From: Octopus bimaculoides
Taxonomy: Eukaryota
Direction: 5' to 3'
NCBI RefSeq assembly: GCF_001194135.2
Contig: NC_068989.1
Coordinates: 73,345,315-73,409,314, forward strand
DNA length: 64,000 nt
Below the pieces are notes generated by a model. The model was not told the origin of the DNA. It was given only the letters and a program-made list of their open reading frames with translations, and made no database searches. Positions 1 to 12,491 of the stretch are shown here, in pieces. The stretch's first letter is position 1. Each line of letters opens with the position of its first letter. Position numbers and translations under genes: made by a program.

Positions 1-6
1 ATGTAA

Positions 7-37
7 GGGATGGGGGTGGGGGATGGGATGTATAGGG
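7..37 (+). other. Putative G-quadruplex motif in a purine/G-rich tract (1-150)
   Basis: gggatgggggtgggggatgggatgtataggg has five runs of at least 3 G with short loops. Confidence 0.5.
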
Positions 38-313
38 ATGGTGGGGTTGGAATGTGTAGGAGTGAGGTAATGAGGGTGGGGTGATGATGAAGGGAGAAGG
101 TGGGTAGGAAGAAGTAGGTGTGAGAGGAAGAGAGGAGGAGGTTTAGATGAAGAGGGGAGGAGAGTTGAGCCCATGTGGTGCAAAGACGCAAAGCGAGAAG
201 ATTAATCGCTGTTCACAGCGAAGACAGGAATCCGGATGGCCCTTGTGCAAGGACAATCTGAACATATACATGCATATATATAATTATATATTTACATCTA
301 TTTATATATGTTA

Positions 314-371
<58 letters not shown>

Positions 372-905
372 CAGTTGTGTCTGGGGAGAGTCATTTTCTT
401 ATTGTGCCTTAAAATTTAACACACAAAAACGAAATATATATATATACACATATACATATATACACATACACATCCACACACACACACATGTATGTATGTA
501 TGTATATACACCTGTGTATAATTTGATGTATACAGGTCATTATTAATTTTTTGTGCAATGCTAAATTTATATCACAATAGGTCTCTAAATGTGTTTAGAT
601 TAATCTATGGAGACCAGAAGTGAAAGACAACTTAACATTTTAAAATAGATTTATTCTTAAATGGTTAATTTTTATCTTGTCTTCTGTCATTGCATACACA
701 GCTTAGATGTGATTCCAGAGTTCTTGAAATGTATCTTGCAGCTGCTTTTCAATTCTAACTTGAATTATATTAATTATTGTTGCATGCACATCTTCTATAG
801 AATATAGTTTAGTTGAATATGCAGTAGTCTTTAAATGTCCACCTAAAGTAAAGGTGAAACTACTATTTGAAGTTTATTATTGCACATTGGTTTTATAAAA
901 TGATC

Positions 906-950
<45 letters not shown>

Positions 951-3437
951 TTTAAATGCTAGCTTTTATAAGTTTCATTCCTCTGAAAATACAGTGGTCG
1001 ATAAGCCTTTATACCATGTATTTTCAGAAGCATGGATCATGTAATAGTTCACGTTTAAATCCTAGAACAGTACCCTATAACCCTATTTGTGTGTGTGTGT
1101 GTGTGTGTGGACATATGCACACACACACATATTGCTCAATACTTCAATGAGTGAATTTCACATGTTCCACTTTTTTTAAACTTTGCTATCAGAAACATTA
1201 TCAGAATATAGCTTACTTATGTATTTTTTTTTCTCTTCATACAGATAACATCTTTTCATTAGTGAAAGAAATATACACTTATTTAAAATACAATAGTCCT
1301 ACACCATCTCTCCATATTCAGAAGAATTTTTTTAATGAAATGATATATAATTTGAAAAAAAAAAAAAAAGCACACTTTATATAATTCAATTAAAAATGTG
1401 TACAGATTCTTTAGTTTATGTAATAGTAGCAAGTAAAAAGTTATTCTACTGGTTTTGTTACATTTGTATTTTTATAAAAAATAGTGTGAAGGAATCTCTA
1501 ATTGTTGCTTCAAGCTACAATTTGAAATTTTGTAACCTTCATGCATTTTCAAAATCTGGCTTGTTTTCTAAAAGTTGCTCTAAAGTAATTTCACTAATTT
1601 TTTTGCTTTTAGATAAGATCTTTGTTGTTTATACCCATTCTACAGATACGTCTTATTCATTGCCTGAACTAAACATTTGTGGTTCTGTGAAATCCTTACT
1701 GTCTTCATAGACTACTTTTGAAATTATCAGCTTGCAATAAATTTTGGATATCATCTGATCATCTTCTTGAAATCTTACTTCTTTGTACAACATTATGCAA
1801 AATGCTTTTGGTGAGTAGGGTTGGACATGCATTTTACCCTGGGGGTTTTTGTGGTCTATTTAGATGAGGGGCTCATTATTAGCTGATAATAAATCCAGAA
1901 TATTATCTGATCAACCTCTTCAAATCTCATTTCCTGTGCTATTTTTGTTAGGGTATTGTTGATTAAAACAGGGAGCTGGCAGAATAATTAGCATGTTAGA
2001 CAAAATGCACAGTGACATTTCTAGTTCTTTACATTCTGAGTTCAAATCTTGCTGAGGTCAACTTTTCTTTTCACTCCTTCAGTGTTGATAAAATTAAGTA
2101 CCAGTCAAATATAATTAACTTGTCCCTCTCCTTAAACACTGCAATGAACAGGTATCTCGTTCAAGGGATTTTGTGATCTCTGCCATTTATATGCTATAGA
2201 AAATGGGTAGCCAGCTTTATGAGTCTGAAGAAAAAACTATGGTGTTAACAAACCTTTGGATATGGTTGCTAGGTAATTGAACATATAGTGGACTTAGCAA
2301 CTGGGGTCAAGAAAAAGCAAGGTCAGAGCTAAAGGCTTGAAAAAAAAAAATGTTGATTTAGATACTTTCATCTGTCCTATGATCTTCCTTAACTGCATTT
2401 ACAGTTTTTGCCAAACCCCAGTGAAACAAATATGTTTAAGTTTTTCCAAGGCATCTTTAATGCTTTCTCTTAACGTTATAAATATTCAAAAATTCTTTGA
2501 TGGATTGATGTTTGTCACCAGTCAGTTGCAATCATTTGATTTAAAGATCTTTTAAGATAACATGCCTTGAAAACAGAAATAACTCTGTGATCCTATGGTG
2601 ATGCTGTGAAGTTGTGTTTGATATAATAAAAATAAACTTCAGTAGTTGTGCATTTTTTTTTTTTTTGTGAATCAAGATTTGAAGGAGCACCTGGATGAAT
2701 ACGAATATTTTATTGACTTTCAAACAATGAGAGTGTAAGTTGACCTTAGTGGGATTTGAACTCACAGAGTGCATAAAGCTGGAATAATACTGCACTCTAA
2801 ACTCTAAATTATTTATGATTGCAGTTTATAATTATTTGTGATTACATCATTATTAACTTTATCCATCAACCGTCTTTTATGCTGACATGGGTTGGACAGT
2901 TTGACAAGAGCAGGCAAGTCAGAGAGCTGCTCCAATCTCCATTGTCTACTTTGGTATGGTTTCTGTGGTAGGATGCTTAATGCTAACCTTCTTAATGCTT
3001 ACCACTTTCCAGAGTGTACTGGGTGCTTTTTACATGGCATCAGCACCGGCAAGGCAAAGACACCTTGGGTGGGAGAGGAAGTGGAACTGAGGAAGGCGAC
3101 TGTGCTCGTTGGGAAGTCAAAGTAGACCAGGGTGGAATTTGAACTTGGAGTATAAAAATGGACGAAATGCTGCTCAGCATTTAGTCCAGCATGTTAAAAA
3201 TTCTATCAGCTTGCGACCTTTGCTAAATAATTTATAATAAAACTGTGAAAAATTAAATTCAACATATTTTTCAAAATTCTTTTATTTATTATTTTTTTCT
3301 TTTTAATGCCTATTGTCACTCGGCTATATCACAGTTGATTTTATACACTTGTGATAACTTGTCATGCAAGTAACTTTCAAATGAAAAAAAAAATGTGAAG
3401 CAGTCCTGCATATCTCACCTACCCATATTTAATCTTT

Positions 3438-3815
3438 GTGGAGGCGCAATGGCCCAGTGGTTAGGGCAGCGGACTCGCGGTCAGAGGATCGCGGTTTCGA
3501 TTCCCAGACCGGGCGTTGTGAGTGTTTATTGAGCGAAAACACCTAAAGCTCCACAAGGCTCCGGCAGGGGATGGTGGCGAACCCTGCTGTACTCTTTCAC
3601 CACAACTTTCTCTCACTCTTACTTCCTGTTTCTGTTGTGCCTGTAATTCAAAGGGTCAGCCTTGTCACACTGTGTCACGCAGAATATCCCCGAGAACTAC
3701 GTTAAGGGTACACGTGTCTGTGGAGTGCTCAACCACTTGCACGTTAATTTCACGAGCAGGCTGTTCCGTTGATCGGATCAACTGGAACCCTCGACGTTGT
3801 AAGCGAGTGCCAACA
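3438..3815 (+). mobile_element. tRNA-derived SINE, family A (probably an octopus tRNA-Arg-related OR-type SINE), full length
   Basis: Pol III A-box tggcccagtgg and B-box gtttcgattccc, with ctcgcgg in the anticodon-like loop. The 3' end is caacaa. The 13-bp TSD is atatttaatcttt (3425-3437) / atatttaaccttt (3816-3828). Near-identical copies lie at 30034 and 39058. The family name is from memory. Confidence 0.9.
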
Positions 3816-4330
3816 ATATTTAACCTTTAGTCTACTTAGGTTACAGATTTCTCTTCCATGTGCCTTTTGAGAAAAGGTTTTCTTTAAAGCTAATGATATT
3901 TGTTCTCATTATGGGTAGAATTCCAATTGCTTAACAAAAACATCCTTTTGGCTCTTGGTATTAAAAATATTAGCTTGCACTTTACTATTTAATGTATATC
4001 TGTATATGTGTATGTATGAATATGTGCATATTTGCACATACATGTGTGTTTATGTATGCATATGGGCATGTACACTTATGTGTATATCTATTGTATAGTA
4101 TGTATGTATGTATGAATAACCTGTTACATGTTTATTCTTAATCATAATTAATGAAATCTCAAGATAGTATTTACTCAACAAGTCGATATTTATTGTATTG
4201 TACTATCTCGTTTGTTGAATCCAGTTATTAATTAAATGATCTTTTGTGCTGTCTTTCACCTTTTCATTCATGTATTTTTCAATATATATATGTATGCAAA
4301 CATATAATCGTATGTTTGTATATGTGTGCG

Positions 4331-4393
<63 letters not shown>

Positions 4394-4489
4394 ATGTATG
4401 TGTATGTATGCACGTTTGTATATGTATGTATATATATGTGTATGTATGCATATGTGTATGTATGTATGTATTATATATGTATGTGTATA

Positions 4490-4760
4490 TATAGTGAGTT
4501 TAAACAAGAAAAACAAAAAACGACAACGGGAGGACGTGATACAGATATTGTGTTACTGGACGCTCAGGAAAGGAACGAAAGAGAATTTGGCGTTTCGAGC
4601 GAGGCTCTTCGTCGGAAATATAGGAAAGTCCAAAGGAGGGAAGACGGAGGAAGAAGAAAAAATCGCCAACAATATACACGAGGTTACATTGTGGAATGAC
4701 TGGAAGGGAATGGGTGAAGAAAAAGTAGTTCTTTCTAAGACAGGAGAGTGCAAGAGAGGG
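4490..4760 (-). mobile_element. Penelope-like element terminal (pseudo-LTR) remnant
   Basis: CpG-containing non-microsatellite island between TA/GT repeats, carrying a minimal hammerhead-like motif typical of PLE termini. Boundaries are approximate. Confidence 0.45.
4585..4619 (-). ncRNA. Minimal type I hammerhead-ribozyme-like motif, probably inactive
   Basis: Minus strand reads attt-CCGACGA-a-gagc(ctc)gctc-GAAAC-GCC-aaat. It has a 4-bp stem I, a 4-bp stem II and a GAAA core. The cleavage triplet is GCC rather than GUC. Confidence 0.55.
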
Positions 4761-4950
4761 AGGTGTGTATGTGTGCATGCGCACATGTGTGTAATAACAG
4801 CACGTGTATGTGCGTATGTTTGTGTGTGTGTGTGTGTCTGTGTGTGTGTGNNNNNNNNNNNNNNNNNNNNNNNNNNNNNNNNNNNNNNNNNNNNNNNNNN
4901 NNNNNNNNNNNNNNNNNNNNNNNNNNNNNNNNNNNNNNNNNNNNNNNNNN

Positions 4951-4981
<31 letters not shown>

Positions 4982-5139
4982 TGTGTGTGTATGTTTGTAT
5001 ATAACATCCTACACAGTTTTTATCTTTTAACCTAATTCTGTGCAATATAGTTTTTTGCAGTTACATTGGTTTCAATTCTCTCATAACCTGTCTTGTGTTA
5101 TTGCTGTTGGTGGTTATTTCAAACATATCATATCATTTC

Positions 5140-5490
5140 TTTCTCTTTCTATTGTCTCTCTATTTATCTCTCTCTATCTCTCTTTTACTTCTCCTTCTTC
5201 CATGTTCCCTCATTCTCTCTCTCACTCTAAACCTACTTCACTTCTCCTTCTTTAATTTTTTCTACCACACAGTCTCTATTTCTCCATTATCTTCCTGTGT
5301 CTTTTGTCTCATCTTCCATTTACTTTCCTCTTTCATCTCTCTCCGTCTCTCTCTTTTCTTAGTTTTCTTTCTGTTTCTCTGTCTTTCTCTCATTGTTCTC
5401 TTCTGTGTCTTTGCTTGCCTTCCTCTCTGTCTTTCTGCTCTCTCCCCCCTCTCTTTATTCACTTCTCTTCTGTATCTCTTCTTTCTCTCA
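5140..5490. repeat. CT-rich polypyrimidine low-complexity tract
   Basis: Almost purely C/T on the plus strand. Confidence 0.85.
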
Positions 5491-5934
5491 TCCCTATATA
5501 CTATGTATATACATCATATTCATATATAGATATATATATATATCATTTTGTCTACATATTTTAGTAATTATAGCTATCATACAACAATACTATTAACATG
5601 CAAGCATGTTATGGTAATTAGAATGTGAGGTAGATTTGACTCAAAGGCATCCTTTAACAGTTTTGTTTTTGACCCATATAGGTAGAAACTAGAGAACTTT
5701 AACAGGTGGTGCTGACGGTGGGAGTGGTTGCGGCAGATGATGATGTGATGTAGTTTGGCTTTTATATTTTTATACAGCTTCTCAATAGAAAATAATGCTG
5801 TCGGGGGAAACTTTTTGAATATTTAAAAAAAAACATTCTTCTCCATGAATGCTTGTGTTTGTGTGTGCACATGTTCTGCATGTGCATGTGTGTGTATGTT
5901 GGCTGTAATTACTAATATATGTGGACACATAGAC

Positions 5935-6270
5935 ACCAGGCTCCAATCTGATCTGACAATGTTTCTACAGCTGGATGCCCTTCCTAACGCCAACCACTCT
6001 GAGAGTGTAGTGGGTGCTTTTACATGCCACCAGCATGAAGGCCAGTCAGGCGGTACTGGCAATATATATATATAACATATACCTCTATATATATGTTCTG
6101 TATAGATATATACTTGCATGATACATACATATATACATACACAATAGGGAGGACAGCCAGCTGTAGAAACCATGCCAAATCAGACAGGAGTTTGGTATAA
6201 CTCCTGAGCTTGCCAGCTCTGGCCTAACTGTCCAGCCCATGCCAGTATGGACAACGGACATTAAATGATA
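5935..6270. mobile_element. Two family C SINE-like fragments in inverted orientation
   Basis: 5935-6060 matches family C on the minus strand and 6145-6270 matches it on the plus strand. The shared core is gtttctacagctgg / ccagctgtagaaac. Confidence 0.7.
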
Positions 6271-6334
6271 ACAATAATGACGATATATATCTTTATCTTT
6301 TATCCTTCACTTCGTTTATTCATTAGATTGCAAC

Positions 6335-6510
6335 AATGCTGGAGCACTATTTTGAAGGGGTTAATTGAACAAATTGACCCCTGTACTTTTCTTTTTTTTT
6401 ATAAGTCTTGTTTTGCTGAACCACCAAGTTATGAGGGCGTAAACAAACGAACATCGATTGTCAAAGAGTGGTGGGGAACAAACCCAGATATTCACAGACA
6501 CACACACACA

Positions 6511-6547
<37 letters not shown>

Positions 6548-6715
6548 CTGTATATATAATATGATAGGCTTCTATCAGTTTCTGTCTACCAAATCCATTC
6601 TCAAGGCTTTGGTCAGCCCAGGGCTATAGTAGAAGACAGTTGCGCAAGGTGGGACTGAACCCAGAACCATGTGGTTGGGAACCAAACTTCTTTGCACACA
6701 GCCATGCCAGCACCT
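6335..6715 (-). mobile_element. Family B SINE with internal (CA)n/(TA)n microsatellite
   Basis: Diverged match to the copies at 25645, 27325 and 56607 (tctaccaaatcca...caaggctttggtcagcc...ctatagtagaagaca). Confidence 0.8.
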
Positions 6716-6716
6716 T

Positions 6717-6754
<38 letters not shown>

Positions 6755-7142
6755 GAAAGCCACTTAATTAATGATAATGAATATATAGCTTCCCCATCTG
6801 GAAAGAGAACAAGAGAAAGAGTTGTGAAGGCAAGTCATAAGATAAATATGAGAGAGAGAAATAGGACAGACGATTAGAAAAGGTGGGTGGATCGGCACTA
6901 GAATGAAATTAGTTGGGTGGATAGGTACTAGTGCACTAGAATGAAATTAGTGGGTCAAATGATCTGAGATCCGGGACTGAGTTGGATGTAGGGCATATCA
7001 GTTTGGGGAGGGGGAGCCAAAGAAAGGAAATTAGAGTGGATCTGGGAGGAGGAGGAGGTGGTGGTGACAGGGAACAGTAGTAGGGATACAATATCAGCAC
7101 CTGAGTGAGATAAACACATATATTGATGCATAATTACACACA

Positions 7143-7194
<52 letters not shown>

Positions 7195-7316
7195 CTTGCA
7201 AAATTATATACACTTACATGCATAATCACACTGGCTGCATGCTACAGTGTATGCACATGCACACACACACACACACACACACACGCGCACATGCACATAC
7301 ACATGTGCACATGCAC

Positions 7317-7348
<32 letters not shown>

Positions 7349-8090
7349 TCTTTAAGCATCTGTCTACCAGACCCATCTATAAAGCTTTAATTTAATCCAA
7401 AATCACATTGTTTGAAAGTGAATATCTTAACCACATGTGTGTGTGTGTGTGTGTGTGTGTAAATCTATTATCTTACTTGTTTAGTTTTTTTTTATGGAAA
7501 CATAACATTTGAAGTGCCAAGCATTATTAGTGATTGGCATGAAAAGGTTAATGACTATATTCTTTCTATTGTCTCTCCTTGAAATGGAGTTGAGCATTTC
7601 CCTCAAAATTTGAGCACTAAGAAAAAACAAAAAGAAATTTAGGAGATGGGGGTATCATGTTTGAATTAGACCTTTTCACGCTGCCCATTTATTGGTTTCT
7701 TTTCAGAATGACCACTAGCCTAGATTAACTCTAAGCGATAAATAAGATTAATTAATTGCTCCGTCATTTAGGTTATTATCTTCTAAAAGCCATTAATTTC
7801 TTCAATAAGATTTCATTTTCTTGCTAATTTGAGACCATTGGGAGAATGAGTGTGTGTTTGTGTGTATGTGAGAGTTTCTATTTGATTGTCTCTCTTTCTT
7901 GATGTCATGTGATAGCTGTGAACAAACATCACCATGATACACATGGTTCTGGTCAATTCTAATCTTCTGTGGAAACATATCTGGCCGTGGGGAAATATTA
8001 TCTTACTTGGAATCAGATGAGGATTGGTGACAGGAAGCACATCCAGTTGTAGAAAATCTGCTTTAATTGATCCTGTCTGATCCATGCAAA

Positions 8091-8354
8091 CACTAGCGGA
8101 GCTAGGGGTAGAGGACGGCAGGGGTGGTCTGCCCTAGATAGCACTTTTAAAGGGGCAGCACTTTTCATCTTGTTATAGGCTATAAGCCAGAATAGATTAT
8201 ATCAAAATAGTTTGGTATTTGATAATTCTCGATATTATAAAATAAATGGAAATGCATGACTTTTGGGTCTGCTATAGGCAATATGTGTTTTTTGTGGGCT
8301 CTGGGGGTGCCAAAAAGTGCTGTCCCAAGCGGCATACACTTTAGCTACGCCAGT
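8091..8354. mobile_element. hAT-like MITE
   Basis: Degenerate terminal inverted repeats actagcggagctaggg / ctttagctacgccagt resemble CAGTGGCGTAGCTA-type TIRs. Confidence 0.5.
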
Positions 8355-10444
8355 ACATGCAAGTGTGCCAGTGCTGGATTAACTTTTAAGCAAAATAAGC
8401 ACATGCTTAGGCACTGCAGAAATCGTAAATGGTTTACAGCACAAAAGAAATCACTTTAAACTTGCCAAAATAAACATTATTGAATGTACCTTCCCAAATG
8501 CAGACATTGCTTTTCGTGTTTGTAATATTAATGGTCTCAAATTGCTCAGCCGAGCATTTATTTTCTCATTTGTAATATATTATATTTCCCATCAGAACAA
8601 CTATGCAACAAGGTAGGCTGGATGCCTTATCTTCACTTTATTTAGGAGCAGATGTGTTATTTTGAGGATCTGATTGTAGATTTTGCAATTACAAAAAAAA
8701 AAAAAAAAAAAAAAAAGTAGGAGAAAACTTTTCAAATATGAATAAAGTGGAAATATACAAAAATAACCATTATTTTCCATCTTATTGTTTTGTTTCATTT
8801 TGAAAAATAAAAATTCATTTTATGGTATATTATTGTTTATATTTTGAATTACATATGTATGGGGGCACCAAAATATTTCAAGTGCTTTGGACCTCTGTGA
8901 GTCTTAATCTGACCCTGGTCCAGTCATGGGGGAAATGTTACCTTCTATGAAGCAGGTGAATGTTAGCAAGAGGAAGGGCGTCCAACTGTTGAAAATCTGC
9001 TTTAATGAATTCTGTCTGACCTATGCAAGCATGAAAAAGTGGACTGATGATGATGATGATGATGGTGCTAGTAATTAAATAACTTGCTTTTTGTTGAAAG
9101 CACACTTGAAGGCTTATCCCAAATTTCCTTAACAGAATGTTTTCCTGATACAAATATAAAATGTCCATCAGTTTGGATTGAACTGTATTGTCTTTTTTTC
9201 CCCCATTATTATCAGCATTCTATGCATGGTAATCCTTTATATTTATTGTTAAGCATGTCCTAACATCTAGGTCTGAAAACACAGCTAAAAACATTCAGTT
9301 TGTTTTAATGTTGGCCAGGTTCAATGACTAGGCTCGCCAGGTGACTAATTTGTCTTCAATAGAATGGTCTGACAGTGTGGTTCCAGTATAGATAAAATCT
9401 ACTGTATGTATATAGTATGTATGTATTATTGCCATAGAGAAAAATCTATTGTTTTAATTTCTCCTTTACAGCAAGATCATATGATTTAAATTGTGATAAT
9501 AGAAGCTGAGTGAAACTATGTTATTTTCTCATCTGTAGAACAAAGCAAAGGCTGCTCCACTGCATTAGCACATGTTACATGCCATTTGGTTAACATTGGA
9601 AGTCATTGTAAAGTTTCTAATTCATGAAAGAGTTGGAAAATTGGAAATGAAAAATTGACACGTCTATCCTTTTCACAATGATATTAAAGACACACAACTA
9701 TAAAGAAGCTCTCTCAGTAATTTAGTTAATTAATACGTTATTAATGAATGCAAATTAGTAACAGCAGTGCTGATTGTTCATAGCTTTATTCTCAAGTAAG
9801 CTACTGTCTCTCACAGTTTCTCTGTAGACTTTATGAAGTAAATACTCTTGGTAAGGGCAACTGTCTTCTATTATAGCTTCCCACTGACCAATGTCTTGCC
9901 AGTGGAACCAGTAGAACCAGTAGATGGAAACTGTAAGGAAGCTTGCTGTATGTTTTTTTTTTGTGTGTATTCACATGTATATGTCTGTGTAAATGCTTCT
10001 GTTCCACTTCTGTTGAACACTTTAAGTGAAAAATGGTGACATTATGTTGAGATTCCCTATTAAAAAATTGCCCTTTAGCTCTGTGCTGTTGAGGTCAAGT
10101 AAACACAAATTCTTTTAACTTGCAAAACAAGTAAAAATTAGAGATGGTGAGAACATCTGACTATAAAATAAAGTCTTTGTAATAAGTATTCATCTAACCC
10201 ATGCTAACATGGGTAAACAAAACATAATGTGAATGATTGAGCTATGTATATACATGCATATATACATATATATAGTAGCTGCTTTCTCGTATACAAGCAA
10301 AGCCATTGCTAGAAAGGTTCATTGAAATGAATCATTGATGATGAAATGTGAGACCATTGAATGGCTCTTGAGCCTGGCCAAAGATTTTCACATTCTATTG
10401 CATAATGCTCGTCTGTGCTAGCTAGCAGAGAGAGCATATATATA

Positions 10445-10479
<35 letters not shown>

Positions 10480-10864
10480 NNNNNNNNNNTATATATATAT
10501 ATATATATACATACATACATACATGCACACACACACACAGTTTTCTATACTCAATAATCATGCTTAGCCCATTTGTCAAAATATGCTGCCTTTGAATTTT
10601 GAAAATACTTTGTAGCTTTTACTTCTTCCAGTCATTGGACTGTGGCCATCTTAGGGCACCACCTTGGAGGATTTATTTGTTTCCTTTTGTTGAACTGCTA
10701 GGTTACAAGAATGTAAATAAACCAACACTGGTTGTTAAGTGTTGCACTGGTTGTTAAGTGTGTGTAGGGGGTCAAACACAAACACAAGGGCCTTCCCCTG
10801 CACATACATACATACATACATACATACATACATACATACATGTATGTAAGTGAATATGTGGTGT

Positions 10865-10925
<61 letters not shown>

Positions 10926-10990
10926 TTATTAATGTTTGTTTTTATGTTCAATTGTAATAAAAACAATTTTACATTAATCTGTTGTAGAGT

Positions 10991-11136
10991 ACAAATTTAT
11001 TATTCTTAAAACAAGACTGTTGATGATAGTGACTTCGAAGTTCTGGCCAGCTTAACCAGCATCTAGTGAGGGCTTAGTTGGCCAAAACTTTGGAGTCACT
11101 GTCAACAATATTCTTGTTTAAGAATAATGAATATGT
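10991..11136. repeat. Long inverted repeat (foldback), part of a dispersed element
   Basis: Arms ...attattcttaaaacaagactgttgatgatagtgacttcgaagttctggccagct and agttggccaaaactttggagtcactgtcaacaatattcttgtttaagaataat... surround a 23-nt loop. The left arm recurs at about 20143-20205. Confidence 0.8.
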
Positions 11137-11719
11137 ATGTATACAATGAGCTTCCACACAGTTTCCAGCTATCAAATTCACTCACAAGACCTTAGTCAGC
11201 CTGGTGCTATAGCAGAAGACACTTGTCCAAGATGCTGTGCTGAGGGATTGAACCGAAAACTATGTGGTTACAAAGCAACCTTCTTGACTACACAGCCCTG
11301 CCTAATTGTGTTTAACGCCTTTATTAACTCTTTTATTACCATATATCTGTCAAGATATGCTACCTTTGATTCAATTAATTTTGAAAATAATGAAAAATTC
11401 ATTGAAATAACTTTATCATTATCAGGTTGGGATCTGGAACATAAATTAACAGGATATTTTTGATGGACTGTTTTAATTTTAGACCATTTACAACAATAAA
11501 TTTGAATCATAAAACTAAGGGCTGTCTCTGGCGTTGTTGATATCAAAAGGGTTTAAAATACCCACTCTTAGAGCAGAAAAAAACCCCTCATATGAAACAA
11601 ACCCAACACCAACACTACTCTGTTTGACCACTACTCCATTCTACCAAATTACCAATGTTCTCTGTTGTATTTGTTCTACAGCTATATTTTTTTACCATTA
11701 ACTTTTACTCGGATATTGA

Positions 11720-12400
11720 TCTCCACTTCTCTCTCTCTTTCTCTCTCTCCTCCCATCTTTATTTCTCTATTGACCCTTCCCTCTCTTTGTCTTTGTCTTT
11801 CTCCCCACTCTCTTGCTCCTGTTTTCTCTTTAGTCTTTCTCTTTTGCTGTACTCCTCTCTGCTGCTTTTTCCCTAGCCTCTCTTTTTATTTCTCTTTTTC
11901 CTCTCTGCCCTTCCTTTCCTGCTCTCTTTCTCTTAATTTTCTCTTTCATTCCCCTGTTTCTCTTCCCTTCTCTCTTTCTCTTCTCTCAGTCTTTCTCTTC
12001 TCTCAGTCTTTCTCTTCTCTCAGTCTTTCTCTTCTCTCAGTCTTTCTCTTCTCTCAGTCTTTCTCTTCTCTCAGTCTTTCTCTTCTCTCAGTCTTTCTCT
12101 TCTCTCAGTCTTTCTCTTCTCTCAGTCTTTCTCTTCTCTCAGTCTTTCTCTTCTCTCAGTCTTTCTCATGCCCCTCTCCCACTTTCTCTTCCTTCTCTCT
12201 CTCTCTTGTCTGTCTTTTTCTTTCTCTTACTCCTCCCTTTTTTGCTTGTAGCCTCTTTCTTTCTCTTCTCTCTTTTTCTCTGTGTGTCTTTTTTACCCTT
12301 TCTCTCCCTCATATTCTCTCTTGCCCTGCATCTTTCTTTTCTTCTGCTTCTCTCTTGTCCTTCCCTACTTGTCTCTTTATCACCCTATCTCTCCTTAAAA
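11720..12400. repeat. ~680-bp polypyrimidine tract
   Basis: C/T-dominated sequence. It produces the artefactual 285-aa S/L/F ORF. Confidence 0.85.
11975..12167. repeat. 17-bp minisatellite, 11 perfect copies (ctctcagtctttctctt)
   Basis: CAG recurs every 17 nt from 11987 to 12157. Confidence 0.95.
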
Positions 12401-12451
12401 TCGTACTGATTAAAGCTAACTTCAAACCACCCTGCCTCCTTCCTACCTATT

Positions 12452-12491
<40 letters not shown>

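Noticed and set aside
3438-3510. tRNA-like heads as tRNA genes (also at 21795, 30034 and 39360)
   Set aside because: They run directly into SINE bodies with TSDs and lack a complete acceptor stem.
11975-12167. CRISPR-like array
   Set aside because: The repeats are contiguous with no spacers, and the context is eukaryotic.
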